64,000 nucleotides of DNA. Source: Octopus sinensis (lineage: Eukaryota). The DNA lies in the NCBI RefSeq assembly GCF_006345805.1, contig NC_042998.1, positions 87,482,001-87,546,000 of the forward strand. Reading direction: 5' to 3'. Below the pieces are notes generated by a model, which searched no databases, was not told the origin of the DNA, and worked only from the letters and a program-made list of their open reading frames with translations. The position numbers were made by a program, and so were the translations under genes. Positions 61,226 through 64,000 of this stretch are shown piece after piece (the first letter of the stretch is position 1; each line of letters starts with the position of its first letter).

Positions 61226-64000
61226 ATAGGTGGGGGTCACAATGTTTTACAGCACTTTTGACTGAGAGTTAAAATATTTTTTTGCAAATGTTTAAAACCT
61301 TACAAAAATTATATCAACTAAGCAAATGACCTCCAAATGCATTAAAAACCGTTACAACATATTCAGAATACTGTTTAAGAAAATTATCACTGTCTTTGAA
61401 CATATGTCAAATTTACTTGGGGCAAAATGAGTAAGACAAGATGAGGTAAATTTGCCTCTTTAACTCTTCAGATTACATTTGTAAACAGACTAGTATACAT
61501 TAATATCCATCCTTAGACATCAGAAAGGTCAGAAATGCAACAAAAATTGGAAATATTTAAGTCAAATGAAAGGGTATTGTGGAAAAATGGCAAATGATAT
61601 GAAATCAACGAAATACGACTAAATAATAATAAAAAAGCTTAAAATATTTTCTATAGATTCTTTACGATCTCTTCTCGTTATATTTACACACCAAGCAGTT
61701 AAAATGAATAAATTATTGAAATTAGTCATTACTCATATTACCCCATTTTAGAAATCTTTTTGAAAATCGAATTTCATCAAATTAGACATTAGTGTGGGAA
61801 AAATTGACTCAGAATCCAAAAGAGAAAAAAATATTGATTGTTAAACACCAAAAATTATCCAGATATTTTATTAGCTATATCAATTAAAATCAGGTCAGAG
61901 TTGAGGAAAATTTTTTGCAAAGAAAGTGCCTGTCACCTGATTAGTTGCAAATTCTCAACTTCAACAACTATTATGCTGACCAACTTTTGATCCTAAAGAT
62001 GATGCAACAGTACAAAACGGTATTGTAATACATGCAATTTAATGATTTTAAAGGGAGAAAATAATGAGAAATCAGAAATTACACATTTTACTTCGGTTTC
62101 TAATTTTGCACCCTCCCCAATATATTTATATATGTTTTTGTCCCCACTCCACCGCTTAACAACTAGTGTTGGCTTATTTACGTCTCTGTTTCGGGAATAG
62201 AGACTGATAGAATAAGTACTGGGGTCGATTTTTTGGTACTACTTAAATACAGAGATACTTCTTAACACATAAAGCGAGACGGGCCACAATCGTGGCCATC
62301 AGGCACAGTTCGACAGGCCATGATCGTGGCCCACACATATGCATTTAATTTATGGTCGTTTGTTGGGGACTAATGTCACTCAAACGCTCCGACACCCCTA
62401 CAGAATGCAAAAGTTCAACTAATAACTTTTCAGATGATGTAAAACTTGCCACCATTATATACTAAGATTAACTTTTTTTTTTACGTGTGCATGGTAGTCT
62501 TATTTTCGTAAAATATTCTCAGCAGTCCATACTATGTAAATGCAAATCCCAGCACTTTATAGGTTTAATACGGGTGTTACGTACAAAATATTTTGAATGT
62601 ACGCTGTGTGGACGTGTAATGACACCCTAAAACTAACCCTCCCCTTCATATCGTCACGTAGATGCATCGGGACTCCTGTATTTAAGTAGTGTCGATTTAT
62701 TCAACTAAAACCATTCATGGTAGTACCCCAGCACAGTTGCAGTCCAATGAGTGAAACAAACACAAGGAAACGTAAGCTATATTCTGAAGTGTTAGTGAAG
62801 AAAGCGTATCTAATTATTGGACATTTTCTGTGTAGCATAAAATGTTGCTTCAGTAGTCTGCATGCTTTAAATTTTGAACAATGGCAGTGTGTTTACAGTA
62901 CAACAAATATTTGTTAATTACAGCTAGACTTGCAAACCGAATGCTTCAATTCACGAGCTGTTTAAGCAAACTCAAACATAATAGGATATGCCATAGGATT
63001 TGTCTGATAAGTCTTAAATGTTATTTTGGAAACCATTTTAATTGTATCTACTACAAAAGCTTCATTTTACTAAAATGATTATACTGAAGAGAATACATAG
63101 ACTCAAGTTTAGCTGTAATTGTCAAAATACGAAACCTTTGTAAACACAGACGAATTTCCGTTAAATTATTACATTTGTGGTATGTCTTTAGAGATTAGAA
63201 TAGCTATGTTTGTATGACGGTTTCAACTCTAGATTATATCAACTTCATTTTAATTTCGCTATAGAAGTTGGCGACAAGCAATTCTTAATTTTTTCTTCTG
63301 AATTTTTCACTTATAACAGTTCACAATACGCTTGAATACGACAAAAAGTAGTCTTGTATTTAACACAAGTTATTGCATAAATATTAAGTGCTTCATATTC
63401 ATTAAACATTAACATCTTTAAGACGAATATTATAGGAAATAAATCTAGCAAAAACATGAATTATTAAAATATTTTCCGATTTGGAATTCGGATGTTACCC
63501 CAAACATCACGGAAAATTTTCACAGTGCTTAAAATTTGCGGACCTAGACAGGCATTTGCGTTATTAGATCATGCTTCCTCACGTACGTAAATACATCAAA
63601 ATAGATTATGTATATGTCTGTTTCATTAACTCACAAAAACATTACGGGCGATTTTTTTCTAGTTTATGTAATATATTCCATCTTTATGAATATGACAACA
63701 TTGTCCAATGAAACCTTTCTTAATTGTCATCAGTCAGGTATAATTCTGAAGAAATTTATTTCGAGCAGGTCGAGCAATCAACGAGGAGTCTTTTTCTCGC
63801 TGGTTGGAAGAAAACTTAGCAGTTGTTTGGCTCCAGATCAGCGCTGATCGAACAAATCTGTGACAAAAAAGCGTTCTAGACATTTGAGTATAACAGGAAG
63901 TCGATTATTTTCAGCAGGTAGAGTGACTATGTAGAAACTTCCTTGTTGAACGCACAGCCCAGCCGTATGCAATCATTACCTTCAACATGCACTGATATCA

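Noticed and set aside
63836-64000. 14-bp palindrome GATCAGCGCTGATC and a short open frame after ttttcag at the window end
   Set aside because: Too short and cut by the window edge. It could be the start of an exon but cannot be supported.

Overview
AT-rich, repeat-dense eukaryotic genomic DNA, very probably an octopus. The evidence is cephalopod-type tRNA-derived SINEs, a mollusc-type mitochondrial nad6 fragment and very abundant (TAA)n/(TA)n/(CA)n/(CATA)n microsatellites. The only host gene I can support is the 3' end of the splicing factor YJU2/CCDC94: a partial exon at 1-93, an 8.9-kb intron, and the last coding exon at 9009-9329. The remaining ~55 kb is a transposon graveyard: R4/Dong-type RLE retrotransposons sitting in (TAA)n tracts, RTE, Tx1-like, HERO, Penelope-like, Ty3/gypsy, Helitron, hAT, mariner and piggyBac-type remnants, plus many SINEs. 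Most ORFs in the supplied track are microsatellite or pseudogene artefacts. The most interesting observations are: (i) oriented chains of different R4/Dong elements, together with a fixed-length ~545-bp non-coding element, inside (TAA)n microsatellites; (ii) several Penelope-type minimal hammerhead ribozymes, one folded into a 57-bp-arm palindrome; (iii) a nad6 NUMT inserted into the RT region of an intronic RTE; (iv) an ORF1-only (gag-like) retroelement; and (v) an RTE copy with a twin-priming-type 5' inversion. All family assignments come from manual translation and motif recognition, not database searches, and most repeat boundaries are approximate.
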